Below, one piece after another: positions 16,260 through 29,897 of a stretch of DNA of 32,000 bases. The notes under the pieces are model-generated. The model did no database searches. It was not told where the DNA came from and saw only the letters and a list, made by a program, of their open reading frames with translations. The translations under genes and the position numbers were made by a program. The stretch comes from Allobaculum fili (GTDB lineage Bacteria > Bacillota_I > Bacilli_A > Erysipelotrichales > Erysipelotrichaceae), in assembly GCF_020969955.1 (NCBI RefSeq), contig NZ_JAHDSX010000004.1, positions 60,705 through 92,704 on the forward strand. Reading direction: 5' to 3'. Numbering within the stretch: the first letter of the stretch is position 1; each line of letters begins with the position of its first letter.

Positions 16260-19200
16260 GTGAAATTCCATAAAAGATTTGCGCTGGCTGCACTTTCTGC
16301 TGCGACTTCTTTAGGAACGGTTGTTACCGCTATGCCGGTGACGATTCAGGCTGAAGAAGTGAATTCCAACGCAATTTCCAAAGTTGAAAAGGGTTCGAAA
16401 GACAACGTGATTAACGTTACCTTCGCGGATGGCAATCAAGGGCGGATTACATTTCTCGAAGAAAGCATCTTCCGTTACAACATCGACCCAACCAAGCAGT
16501 TCTCGAAGTATGCAACGGATAGCGGCACTGCCAAAATCCAGGCACAGCCGGATGAATCGGGTACGTATACGCATCCAGCCGCTTCGATTGCAGAAGATGA
16601 TGCTAAATTCACCATTTCCTGCGGCACTACGAAAATTGAATTTTCAAAAACCGACGGCAAAATGACCGTCAAATCCGGCGATAAGACGGTTATGCAGGAA
16701 AAGGAACCGCTTATCCTTTCGCCAAGCGGAACCGCGCAGAAACTCGTCTCCAATGAAGGCGAAGATTTCTATGGCGGCGGTACCCAGAACGGACGTTTCG
16801 TTCATACCGGCGAATCGATCTCCATTTCCAATACGAACAACTGGACCGATGGGGGCGTCGCTTCGCCAAACCCGTTCTACTGGTCCACAAACGGTTACGG
16901 TGTGCTGCGCAACACCTTCAAACCAGGTACGTATGATTTTGGTAAAACTACCGACGGCACCGTTTCCGCTCAGCATGAAGAGCGGGAATTCGACGCCTAC
17001 TATTTCGTATCTGGCGCCGATGAAAAGGCACAGGTGTCCAAAGACCTGCTGCAGGATTACTTCAAAGTTACCGGCAATCCGGTTCTGCTTCCAGAATATG
17101 CGTTCTATCTGGGCCATCTGAACTGTTACAACCGTGACTCCTGGGATACAACCGGCAGTAAAGGATGGACAATCAAAGGCAGCGAACCTTCAACTTCTGC
17201 GGGAACTACGCTTTATGAAAACGGTATGGCATCCGGATACATTTTGCCAGAAGGAACTCATGCGGAATCTCTGAACGGCGTAAAACCGACCGTCAATGCA
17301 GACAAATTCAAAGCAGCGGATGCGCCGCGTGAGTATTCAGCTCGTGCGGTTATCGACCGTTATCAAGCTAACGATATGCCATTTGGCTGGTTCCTGCCAA
17401 ACGATGGTTATGGATGCGGCTATGGCCAGAATGGTTACGATCAGTCAGGCGGAACAGAAGCCGAACGACAGGCTTCTCTGGATGCCAACCTGCAGAACCT
17501 GCACGATTTCACCGAATATGCCAATGCACATGGCGTATCGACCGGTCTCTGGACACAGTCCAACCTGTCTCCAATCGCTTCCGAAAAACAGCAGCTCGTT
17601 CGTGACTTCAGGGGCGAGGTAAACACAGGCGGTATTACTACGCTTAAAACCGACGTAGCCTGGGTAGGTTCGGGCTATACCTTCGGTCTGAACGGCATCA
17701 AAACCGCTTACGATATCGTAACGGGCGACGTTTCCACTCGTCCAAACATTGTTACCCTAGACGGCTGGGCCGGAACACAGCGTTACGGTGCAATCTGGAC
17801 CGGCGACCAGTACGGCGGAAACTGGGAATACATCCGTTTCCACATTCCGACATATATTGGTCAGTCCCTCTCCGGAAACCCGAACATTGGATCCGATATG
17901 GACGGTATTTTCGGCGGTGCACCAATTATCGCTACTCGTGACTACCAGTGGAAGACGTTCACCACGACTATGCTGGACATGGACGGCTGGGGCTCCTATG
18001 TTAAATCTCCATACACCCATGGCGATCCGTATACCGGCATCTCCAGAATGTACCTCAAGCTGAAAGCTCAGCTGATGCCATACATTTATACATCTGCCGC
18101 TTCGGCTGCCAACATTGAATTTGGCAAGGACGGCACCGGCAACAATGACCAGGGTCTGCCAATGATCCGTGCCATGATGCTCGCGGATGATTCCGACTAT
18201 GCCGCTTCCAAAGCAACACAGTATCAGTATCTGTTTGGCGACGCGTTCCTCGTTGCTCCAGTTTATCAGGATACCGAGATGGATGAAGAAACCGGAAATG
18301 ACGTTCGTAACGACATCTTCCTGCCAGGCGACGAAAACGATACCTGGATCGACTACTTCACCGGCGAACAGTACAAAGGCGGCCAGATCATTTCCAACTT
18401 TGACGCACCGCTCTGGAAACTCCCGCTCTTCGTTCGCGGCGGAAGCATTATTCCAATGTACGAAGAAAACAACAACCCGGTAGCCATTTCCGAAGACAAC
18501 CCGGATGGTCTCGACAAGACAAAACGTATTGTTGAATTCTATCCGCAGGGAACAACAGACTACACCTTGTACGAAGATGACGGCATGACCGCCAACTCGA
18601 CCATTACAGAAGATGATGACTACGGCACGATCAACTCCATCAACTACGGCGATCATGTCGAAACGCACTTTACTTCCGCTGTAAACGGCGATAAGGCAGT
18701 ATTAACCGCTGAAGCCAGCAAGGGTACATACGAAGGCTACGATTCCAACCGCCAGACCAAGTTTGTTGTGAACGTATCCAAGAAGCCGACATCCGTTCAG
18801 ATCAACGGTGCGGCAGGAAATGAAGTCGCTTCGCTTGATGCGTTTGAAAAGCTTGGCGAAAACGAATCCGGCTGGTTCTACGATGCAGAGCCAGAAATGA
18901 ACAAATACGCTGGTGATGAAGACTTTGCGAATATGCATATCATCAATGCACCGAAAGTTTACGTGAAGTTTGCGAAAACGGATGTAAACAAAAACGCGCA
19001 GACCGCAACCATCAACGGTTTCGAAAATACGCAGGCATCCGGCAAGGATGTTCTCGTTGAGTCGATCCCGGCTCCAGTTCTGAGTGCTCCGGCAGAAGAT
19101 AAAATTACTTCTTCTTCGATCGAACTTTCCTGGCCGGCAGTAGACGGCGCAACTGGTTATGACGTAATGGTCGGCAGCCAGATCTACCACACAGAAAAAC

Positions 19201-22160
19201 CAAAACTGAAACTCAGCGATCAGCCATTCAATACCGCGTTTACGTTCAAGGCCAGAACCAGAACGGCAGACGGCTATTCCAACTGGTCCAGTGAACTCAC
19301 CGTTTCTACTCTGGATGACCCGTGGAGAAATACCCCGACACCAGAAAGCATTACCTGGACTGGCGATATTTACGGCAACCACGATCCAGAACTTGCCTTT
19401 GACCACATTTATCAGTCCGGCGACGGCGGCTTCCACTCCGGCGGAAAAGCCATCGGCGAAAGCATGACCGTAGATCTTGGTCTGATCTATGATCTCGATT
19501 CGATCGAATACTATCCGCGTGACGACCGCGGCAACGGTACCGTAACGTCCATGGATATCGCCCTCTCTCTGGATGGCGTACACTGGACCGATCTGGAGCG
19601 CCAGAACTGGGAACGCAGTGCCGAGACAAAAGTTGTTGACCTGAAAACGGCCAGCAATTCCGCAGCACGTTATGTCCGTCTGATTCCAAGAGCTTCGGTA
19701 GGCAATTTCTTCTCTGCCAGCGAAATCCGCATCAATAAGAAAGACGGAACCAACGGCTGGGCATTAGGAAGCAACCTGCAGCGTGCAGAAGTCAGCGATG
19801 CAGACTACTCGAACATGAAGAACTATCTGGGTCTCCAGAAATCCGAACCAGACACTTCGACATTCGACAGTCAGATCGCAGCGCATCATGCGGACCTGAA
19901 CAACAACAACATTTACGACGTATACGATTACTCTTTCACCATGAAGGCACTCGATGGCGGAACGACCAAGGCAGGCGAACCGTCCGGCAACCTGTTCTTC
20001 ATGGCCGACAAGACGACCTTCAATGCAGGAGATATCGTTACCGTTTCGCTTTACGGCAACAATATCCAGAATGCCAATGCTCTGGGTGCTCTCTTCAATT
20101 ACAGCACGGACACGTTTGAAGCCCTCGTTCCAGGCGGAACATCCGGTGTAACCGGTTCACCGTTCCTTGGCGATATGGAAGACCTCAGCCGTGTAAGAAC
20201 GTATACTGACAAGCACGGTACAGTCAACGTGGCCTTCGCTAACCGAGGAGATAAAGCCCTCTATTCCGGTACCCGTGTAGTGGCTGCCTTCCAGCTGAAG
20301 GCGAAGAAAGCCGGCACCAGTGCGGATATCAACCTGGCGCAGAACACAATGGTGATCGGCCCGACCGGTTCCTGCATCGATCGCACCTACGAGCATGGAT
20401 TTGATCCAGATTCCGTTCCTGCTCCGCAGGATAAAGTGCTCGCACGTTCGGATCTGAACATGACGATCACCAACGAAGCCCTGCCAACGGATGACGGTAC
20501 AAACGTACAGACTCTTATCCAGCAGGAAAACTTCGACGGACTCTTTAACGGCTCGGACGGCCGCGACTTTGAGTTCACATGGAAAACGGATGGATCTGCA
20601 TGGGATGTAAATACCCATAAAGTTCCAGTGACCATCCATATGGGCTTAAAAGAACCGGCTCCGCTCAAGAGCTTCCGCGTGACGGCTGGCGCGCTTACCT
20701 CAAATGGTAAAGTACGTAAAGTCAGTGCAAAAATCACCTTTGCGGACGGATCGAAGGAAACCTATTCCGGCGGCAATTACGATCAGCCATCGACGGAATA
20801 CACCTTCACTATCCCGGATGCTAAGAAAAACGTAAACGTTACAAACATCGATTTCACCGTTGAAGAAAGCGGCAGTGCAACGGCGAGTGATGCGGATCCG
20901 ACCAACGGAACCCTTACGCTCTGCGAGTTCTACATCACCCAGCCGGGTGCAATCGCGGTTGAATCGATTACAGCCGATTCCACGAACAAAAAACAGCTGA
21001 ACCTCGGTTCCATCAGTGAAGTGAACGCAACGGTTACTCCGTCGCAGGCTTCCGGCGTATTCACCGTTTCCTCTTCTGACGAAGATGTAGCTGCAGTTGA
21101 CTGCGTACAGGATGGCGGCGACGTTACCTGGTATGTTATCGGTAAGAAAGCGGGTAAAGCGACCATTACTGTGGCTTCCGCAACCGACCCAGCTAAGACA
21201 GCGTCGTACGAAGTAGAAGTTGGAAACTTCATTGATCTTACTGAGCTGAACGCAGCCATCGCCCGTGCCGAAAAGACACTGGCAGACGGCATCGTTCTGG
21301 ATTCTTCCAAACCGGATCTGGAAGCGGCTATTAAAAAAGCAAAAGACGCTCTCGCTTCCAATTCGCAGGATACAGTCGACTATGCGACCGTTGAACTGCT
21401 TAACGTTCTGAGTTCTCTGCAGTATCGTGCACCGATGAAGTCCCATCTGATCAACTACACCGGCGATGAAGGCGTAGTCGTAGACAGCGGTTCTTCCCAG
21501 TGCAACGATGAAATGGAAGGTGACGGCTTAGGTACATTCGACGCTTCCCTCGATAAGGATGAGTCGACCTACTGGCATTCCAACTGGTCGACCGCAAGCG
21601 GCATGCCGCAGTACGTACTCTACGATCTGGGCAAGTCCTATGATCTGACGGACGTATCGTTCCTGCCGCGCGTAGGACGCTACAACGGCGACATGTTCGA
21701 AGTGGAACTCCTTGCTGGAAATGACAAAGACAACCTGACTTCGGTCGGTACCTGGACATTTGAACACGGTGCAAAACAGCTGACCGACCGCGGATGGAAG
21801 ACAATGACCTTCTCGAGCATAAATGCACGCTATGTTGAAGTGAAAGTCCTCAAGTCCGGCGGTGACCAGCTCGATTCCTATGCATCCATGGCAGAAATCA
21901 ACTTCTATGCAGCAGAAGCCTTCAAGGCGGACGATGTGGATACCACACAGCTGAAACTGGCTGTCGATACCGCTAAGGCTCTCAATGCCGAAGATTACGT
22001 CCAGAACGCAGCATGGACTGCACTGGAGGATGCCATTGCCGAGGCCGAAGAAATGATTGAAAGCCCGAGAAGCCAGGCTGTAGTCAACAGCATTGCTCTC
22101 AAGCTCAACCAGGCTCTGCTCAATGCCCGCATCAAACCAAGTGCAGAAAAACTTGCCTAA
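16260..22160 (+). CDS. Secreted multimodular glycoside hydrolase family 31 enzyme (GH31 with FN3, F5/8-type C (CBM32-like) x2-3, cohesin-like, Big_2 and FIVAR-like modules)
   Basis: GTG start with an AAGGAAGG SD. The signal peptide is MKFHKRFALAALSAATSLGTVVTAMPVTIQA|EE. GH31 catalytic signatures are LKTDVAW (candidate nucleophile Asp, codon 17652-17654) and WTGDQ (candidate acid/base), as in the KTD.../WGGD motifs of YicI-type GH31. The FN3 module is IELSWPAVDGATGYDV. Discoidin-like segments are YYPRDDRGNGTVTSMDIALSLDGVHW and STYWHSNWS...YVLYDLGK. Big_2 is VTPSQASGVFTVSSSDEDVAAV. Helical FIVAR-like repeats sit near the C-terminus. No LPXTG or other anchor is visible. Confidence 0.9.
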   Translation: MKFHKRFALAALSAATSLGTVVTAMPVTIQAEEVNSNAISKVEKGSKDNVINVTFADGNQGRITFLEESIFRYNIDPTKQFSKYATDSGTAKIQAQPDESGTYTHPAASIAEDDAKFTISCGTTKIEFSKTDGKMTVKSGDKTVMQEKEPLILSPSGTAQKLVSNEGEDFYGGGTQNGRFVHTGESISISNTNNWTDGGVASPNPFYWSTNGYGVLRNTFKPGTYDFGKTTDGTVSAQHEEREFDAYYFVSGADEKAQVSKDLLQDYFKVTGNPVLLPEYAFYLGHLNCYNRDSWDTTGSKGWTIKGSEPSTSAGTTLYENGMASGYILPEGTHAESLNGVKPTVNADKFKAADAPREYSARAVIDRYQANDMPFGWFLPNDGYGCGYGQNGYDQSGGTEAERQASLDANLQNLHDFTEYANAHGVSTGLWTQSNLSPIASEKQQLVRDFRGEVNTGGITTLKTDVAWVGSGYTFGLNGIKTAYDIVTGDVSTRPNIVTLDGWAGTQRYGAIWTGDQYGGNWEYIRFHIPTYIGQSLSGNPNIGSDMDGIFGGAPIIATRDYQWKTFTTTMLDMDGWGSYVKSPYTHGDPYTGISRMYLKLKAQLMPYIYTSAASAANIEFGKDGTGNNDQGLPMIRAMMLADDSDYAASKATQYQYLFGDAFLVAPVYQDTEMDEETGNDVRNDIFLPGDENDTWIDYFTGEQYKGGQIISNFDAPLWKLPLFVRGGSIIPMYEENNNPVAISEDNPDGLDKTKRIVEFYPQGTTDYTLYEDDGMTANSTITEDDDYGTINSINYGDHVETHFTSAVNGDKAVLTAEASKGTYEGYDSNRQTKFVVNVSKKPTSVQINGAAGNEVASLDAFEKLGENESGWFYDAEPEMNKYAGDEDFANMHIINAPKVYVKFAKTDVNKNAQTATINGFENTQASGKDVLVESIPAPVLSAPAEDKITSSSIELSWPAVDGATGYDVMVGSQIYHTEKPKLKLSDQPFNTAFTFKARTRTADGYSNWSSELTVSTLDDPWRNTPTPESITWTGDIYGNHDPELAFDHIYQSGDGGFHSGGKAIGESMTVDLGLIYDLDSIEYYPRDDRGNGTVTSMDIALSLDGVHWTDLERQNWERSAETKVVDLKTASNSAARYVRLIPRASVGNFFSASEIRINKKDGTNGWALGSNLQRAEVSDADYSNMKNYLGLQKSEPDTSTFDSQIAAHHADLNNNNIYDVYDYSFTMKALDGGTTKAGEPSGNLFFMADKTTFNAGDIVTVSLYGNNIQNANALGALFNYSTDTFEALVPGGTSGVTGSPFLGDMEDLSRVRTYTDKHGTVNVAFANRGDKALYSGTRVVAAFQLKAKKAGTSADINLAQNTMVIGPTGSCIDRTYEHGFDPDSVPAPQDKVLARSDLNMTITNEALPTDDGTNVQTLIQQENFDGLFNGSDGRDFEFTWKTDGSAWDVNTHKVPVTIHMGLKEPAPLKSFRVTAGALTSNGKVRKVSAKITFADGSKETYSGGNYDQPSTEYTFTIPDAKKNVNVTNIDFTVEESGSATASDADPTNGTLTLCEFYITQPGAIAVESITADSTNKKQLNLGSISEVNATVTPSQASGVFTVSSSDEDVAAVDCVQDGGDVTWYVIGKKAGKATITVASATDPAKTASYEVEVGNFIDLTELNAAIARAEKTLADGIVLDSSKPDLEAAIKKAKDALASNSQDTVDYATVELLNVLSSLQYRAPMKSHLINYTGDEGVVVDSGSSQCNDEMEGDGLGTFDASLDKDESTYWHSNWSTASGMPQYVLYDLGKSYDLTDVSFLPRVGRYNGDMFEVELLAGNDKDNLTSVGTWTFEHGAKQLTDRGWKTMTFSSINARYVEVKVLKSGGDQLDSYASMAEINFYAAEAFKADDVDTTQLKLAVDTAKALNAEDYVQNAAWTALEDAIAEAEEMIESPRSQAVVNSIALKLNQALLNARIKPSAEKLA

Positions 22161-22217
22161 CTGAACTAACCGGATTTCATCGAAGCGCTTCGAAAATCCA
22201 ATTCAGGCTTTATAAAT

Positions 22218-22251
22218 GGCGGCAGCCCCAGACGGGACTGCCGCTTTTTTG
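22218..22251 (+). terminator. Rho-independent terminator of the GH31 gene
   Basis: GCGGCAGCCCC (22219-22229) pairs with GGGACTGCCGC (22234-22244) with one mismatch, followed by TTTTTT. Confidence 0.75.
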
Positions 22252-22587
22252 AATGGAACGACAAAGACCGTACATCCGGAATCAGGGAAACGGGAAAAGC
22301 CGGCTGCCCCACAGGGCTGGACATCGACATTGTCTCTGTATGTAATAAAATAAACATACACAGGCAAAAATCATGAAAGCTTTGTGCAAATCGCGATCAG
22401 CCTGACAGCTGCTTCTGTTCTTGGAGTTCTTACGATCGTTTCGAACGGACCCAACGAGAAAAATCAGAACGGTCGAACGATGCCCGAAGCTTACATGTGA
22501 TATAAACTGCTCTGTCTGGATCGGTTTTATGCGGAAAGACTGGACTTAAAAGGATTCCTTGAATTCATTATCGTTCCGGATTTATGA

Positions 22588-26322
<3,735 letters not shown>

Positions 26323-26383
26323 GCCGGAGCCGATTAAAATCCTGCTTAGAAACAAGAATTAAGCGACGATTCAGCCCCAAATG

Positions 26384-26425
26384 AAGACAGCCGGTTTCCC
26401 TTGCGGGAAGCCGGCTGTCTTTTTG
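26384..26425. terminator. Bidirectional terminator between convergent lacZ and galM
   Basis: AAGACAGCCGGTTTCCC (26384-26400) pairs with GGGAAGCCGGCTGTCTT (26405-26421). It is flanked by an A-rich stretch upstream and TTTT downstream. Confidence 0.75.
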
Positions 26426-26436
26426 GCAGGAAATCA

Positions 26437-27453
26437 TTATTTCGTATAGAAACGATACAAAATTTCTTCGTGGAACGGTTCATCCTTTTTGAGGATGACA
26501 TCGGGATGTTCCTGATTGTGAATGGAGTCGGGGAGCATCTGCGGTTCGACCGCTACGCCCCAGTGCTGGTTATAAGTTTTGCCGTCGCGGCCCGGGTGAT
26601 TTTCCACGTAGTTGGCGGAGTAGACCTGAACGCCCGGCAGAGTCGTTTCGACTTCTACGGTTCGTCCGGATTTCGGATCGGTGAGGATCAGAGCCGGGGA
26701 TCCGGTTTCGAGAACAAAATGGTGGTCGATGCCGTTGGCGTTTTTCACGTTCCAGTCGCTCTGATCAAAGCCCTGTTTCACGGGTGCAAAGTCGCGGAAA
26801 TCGAGCGGTGTGCCTTCCACTTCCCGGAACTTGCCCATGCAAAGGCCATCCGGATCGACGAGACCATGACGAATGGCCGAAATTTTCATCAAATGATCGC
26901 CCGCATCTTCCTCCATGCCGTTGAGGTTGAAGTAGGTGTGCTGGGTGAGGTTGAGCAGCGTATCGGCATCGGACTTGGCATCGTAGGAAATACGCAGAGT
27001 ATTGTCGACAAGTTCGAGCGTGCAGTGGAGCGTGAGCGTTCCGGGATAGCCTTCTTCGCCGTCTTTGGAAACGTAGGTGAAGATCAGCTTGTCGCCTTCG
27101 ATTTTTGAATCGAAGTTTTTGTAGGAAAATCCTTCCAGACCGCCATGCAGGGAGTTGGGACCGTTATTAACGGCAGCATGGTAGTGCTTGCCGTTGAGCG
27201 TGTATTCGCCGTTGGCCAGACGATTGCAGACACGGCCGACCAGCGCACCAAAATAGGTGCCGGATTTTGCCATATAGTCATCGATCGTTTCGTAACCCAG
27301 AATGACATTCGTCTTCTTCTGGTTTTCGTCTTTCATGTCGATCTCAATCAGCGTTACGCCATAGCTGGTAACGAGAACGCGCAGCTGATCGTTTTCCATT
27401 TCGTACAGACAGATTCCGTCCGGACGTTTTTCAAGCAGTTTAATCATGAGCAT
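26437..27453 (-). CDS. galM: Aldose 1-epimerase (galactose mutarotase)
   Basis: 338 aa with NGPNSLHGGLEGF, the TQHTYFNL motif and the overall length typical of GalM. An AGGAAGGAG SD lies upstream. ATG 27447 is an alternative start. Confidence 0.9.
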   Translation of the reverse strand: MLMIKLLEKRPDGICLYEMENDQLRVLVTSYGVTLIEIDMKDENQKKTNVILGYETIDDYMAKSGTYFGALVGRVCNRLANGEYTLNGKHYHAAVNNGPNSLHGGLEGFSYKNFDSKIEGDKLIFTYVSKDGEEGYPGTLTLHCTLELVDNTLRISYDAKSDADTLLNLTQHTYFNLNGMEEDAGDHLMKISAIRHGLVDPDGLCMGKFREVEGTPLDFRDFAPVKQGFDQSDWNVKNANGIDHHFVLETGSPALILTDPKSGRTVEVETTLPGVQVYSANYVENHPGRDGKTYNQHWGVAVEPQMLPDSIHNQEHPDVILKKDEPFHEEILYRFYTK

Positions 27454-27742
27454 GCAGCTCCTTCCTTTTTCTATCCGTCTATCATTGTAGCCAGATCTGT
27501 TCAGGAAAAGTACAAAAGGTTGAAAAGGCTTTCGAAAAACGGGTTCGCAGTCAGACTGTCGCTGCCCGATCCGTCAGGCGACTGAGGCAAAGACAAGACA
27601 ATCCCAGATGAATAAATATTGGAATGTGCCAGTACGACCAGACTCGGACGGGTCGGGGTACAGGGATGGAAAAGCGGCCGGTCTGTGAAATTGGACAGGC
27701 TGAAGTCAGTAATTATAATGGAAAGGAAATGGAGGAGTCCGT

Positions 27743-28633
27743 ATGTTCATTCTTGCTCTGGACAGTCTGGAAGATCTGGAGACCATAATCGAAGCCAGAC
27801 CCGATGCGATCGTTCTTGGCATAGAACCCTTTTGCGCCCGTACGCGAGCCGTAACGGATTGGAATCAGCTCCCCGCGCTGGTCAGGCGCATGCATGAAGC
27901 GGGAATTCAGGTGTATATCAACCTCTTAGCCATGATCGAGCAGCCCAGACTGCAAGCCTGCACAGAGGCGTTTGGACAGCTGGCGAAGATGGGTGTCGAC
28001 GGCCTGTATGTCGCGGATGACGGCTGGCTGGAAATTGCGTACGCGTACAATCCAGAAACGCTTTCTCTTCTGATTGTTCAGCCGGAAACGCTGCTTTGCA
28101 GCGGGGAAGACGCCAGTTTCTTTGCCAGACAGGGAACACAAGCGCAGTCGCTTTCGCATGAACTAAGTGAAGCGGAACTGATTGCCTGCGTAAAAACGTG
28201 TCCAAGCTGCGAACTGCTTTGTGCCGGCCATTATTCCTGGATGGAAAGCCGAAGAGGACTGCTCTCCAATTATCTCCATCAGATCGAAAAGCCTGAAGAC
28301 TTTCAGGAGGGCCGTCTGTATACCCTTCGGGAAATGAACCGTCACGGACGCATGCCGGTTTGGCAGGATCATCTGGGAACTCATGTTCTTTCCGATGAAG
28401 TGTTCCAGGCGGGCGAATATCTGCTTCCTTTGCGGGAAGCCGGACTGCAGCGCTATCGCATTGACTGTCTGCTCATGGGCAACACCTGGGGACTCGACAT
28501 GCTTAAGGCGTATCGAACGCTGCTGACTGAAGGAACGGATGCTCTGAGTCCCAAGCAGAAAGAGGCGATTTCCAGTACGATTTGGAAAAGCTCGTCATTA
28601 ATTCGAAAGGAGAAAAGCCATGGAACACGTTGA
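27743..28633 (+). CDS. Peptidase U32 family protein, YrrN-like (shorter partner lacking the Cys-rich motif)
   Basis: 296 aa. It has a TIM-barrel-like U32 N-terminal pattern (LEDLETIIEARPDAIVLG..., GIQVYINL, GVDGLYVAD). Its last 14 nt overlap the next U32 gene. A GGAGG SD lies upstream. Confidence 0.72.
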   Translation: MFILALDSLEDLETIIEARPDAIVLGIEPFCARTRAVTDWNQLPALVRRMHEAGIQVYINLLAMIEQPRLQACTEAFGQLAKMGVDGLYVADDGWLEIAYAYNPETLSLLIVQPETLLCSGEDASFFARQGTQAQSLSHELSEAELIACVKTCPSCELLCAGHYSWMESRRGLLSNYLHQIEKPEDFQEGRLYTLREMNRHGRMPVWQDHLGTHVLSDEVFQAGEYLLPLREAGLQRYRIDCLLMGNTWGLDMLKAYRTLLTEGTDALSPKQKEAISSTIWKSSSLIRKEKSHGTR

Positions 28634-29897
28634 ACTGCTTGCTCCGGCCGGCAATCTTTCGAAAGCAAAAACCGCAATCCTTTATGGAGCCAACGCGGTC
28701 TATATCGGCGGCCAGTCGTTTTCTCTGCGCTCCAGGGCTTCGAACTTTTCTCTGGACCAGATCGCCGAGCTCTGTACGTTTGCCCACGATCACCATTCGA
28801 AAGTGCATGTCACGGTCAATATCATTCCGCATCCGGACGATCTGCAGGGACTGGACGACTATTTGCGTGCGTTAAACGACGCGGGAATTGACGCGATCAT
28901 CAGCGCTTCGCCTACGATCATTACGCACGCGCTCCACATGGACGGCCGCCAGTTTGAAGTGCACATTTCCACGCAGCGCTCCATTCTCAATTCGGCTGCC
29001 GTTCGCTTCTGGAAAAGACAGGGCGTTGAACGTGTTGTCTTAGGACGCGAAACGAATCTGGACAGTATCGAGGCGATTTGTGCGCAGGACATTATGCCGA
29101 TTGAAGTTTTCATTCACGGCGGCATGTGCATTTCCTATTCCGGGCGCTGCGTGCTATCCAATCATATGACGGACCGCGATGCCAACCGCGGCGGCTGCGC
29201 GCAGAGCTGTCGGTGGAAATACGAACTCTTTGACGAACAGAATGAAAAAATCAGCCGCGACGAAACCCCGTATTCGATGTCGAGCCGGGATTTGCAGGCA
29301 GCAAAATATATTGAACGCCTGATTCATGCGGGCGTCGCTTCGCTCAAAATCGAAGGACGCATGAAGTCGGATTACTACCTAGCCGTGGTGGTCGGGGCGT
29401 ATCGCCGCCTGATCGATGCCATCGAAAGCGGACAGACGATTACGCAGGAATTTTTAGCCGAGATTTCCGCGGAACTGGCCCGGGCGGAAAATCGTCCGGC
29501 GGGTCCAGGCTTTTATAATGGACTGCCCGATCAGAACGTACAGCTGTATCGAAGACACGATGAATCGGTCACCCAGGAATACATTGGCTACGTTCTGGAA
29601 GAGCCAAGAGATGGCTGGATGAAAATTCAGGTCAAAAACCATTTCGAAGCCGGAACGCCGGTCGAACTGTTTGGACCGGGAATCGCTCCGTATCCGCAGA
29701 CGATTGACGAAATCCAGACGCTCGACGGTCTGCCCAAGTCCGTATGTTCCCACCCGATGGAAATCGTACGAATTCGCTGGAATCAGCCCGCCAGACCGGG
29801 AAGCATGATTCGCAAGCAGCGCTTATCGATGCCGGACAAACCGGAAACGGAAGCCAAAGACGGCAGCTGCGCCAAGCCAAATCCCCTGCGGGGGTAA
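28620..29897 (+). CDS. Peptidase U32 family protein, YrrO/YegQ(TrhP)-like
   Basis: It starts MEHVELLAPAGNL...AILYGANAVYIGG. The U32 signature is EVFIHGGMCISYSGRCVLSNHMTDRDANRGGCAQSCRW. Length is 425 aa. Confidence 0.88.
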   Translation: MEHVELLAPAGNLSKAKTAILYGANAVYIGGQSFSLRSRASNFSLDQIAELCTFAHDHHSKVHVTVNIIPHPDDLQGLDDYLRALNDAGIDAIISASPTIITHALHMDGRQFEVHISTQRSILNSAAVRFWKRQGVERVVLGRETNLDSIEAICAQDIMPIEVFIHGGMCISYSGRCVLSNHMTDRDANRGGCAQSCRWKYELFDEQNEKISRDETPYSMSSRDLQAAKYIERLIHAGVASLKIEGRMKSDYYLAVVVGAYRRLIDAIESGQTITQEFLAEISAELARAENRPAGPGFYNGLPDQNVQLYRRHDESVTQEYIGYVLEEPRDGWMKIQVKNHFEAGTPVELFGPGIAPYPQTIDEIQTLDGLPKSVCSHPMEIVRIRWNQPARPGSMIRKQRLSMPDKPETEAKDGSCAKPNPLRG

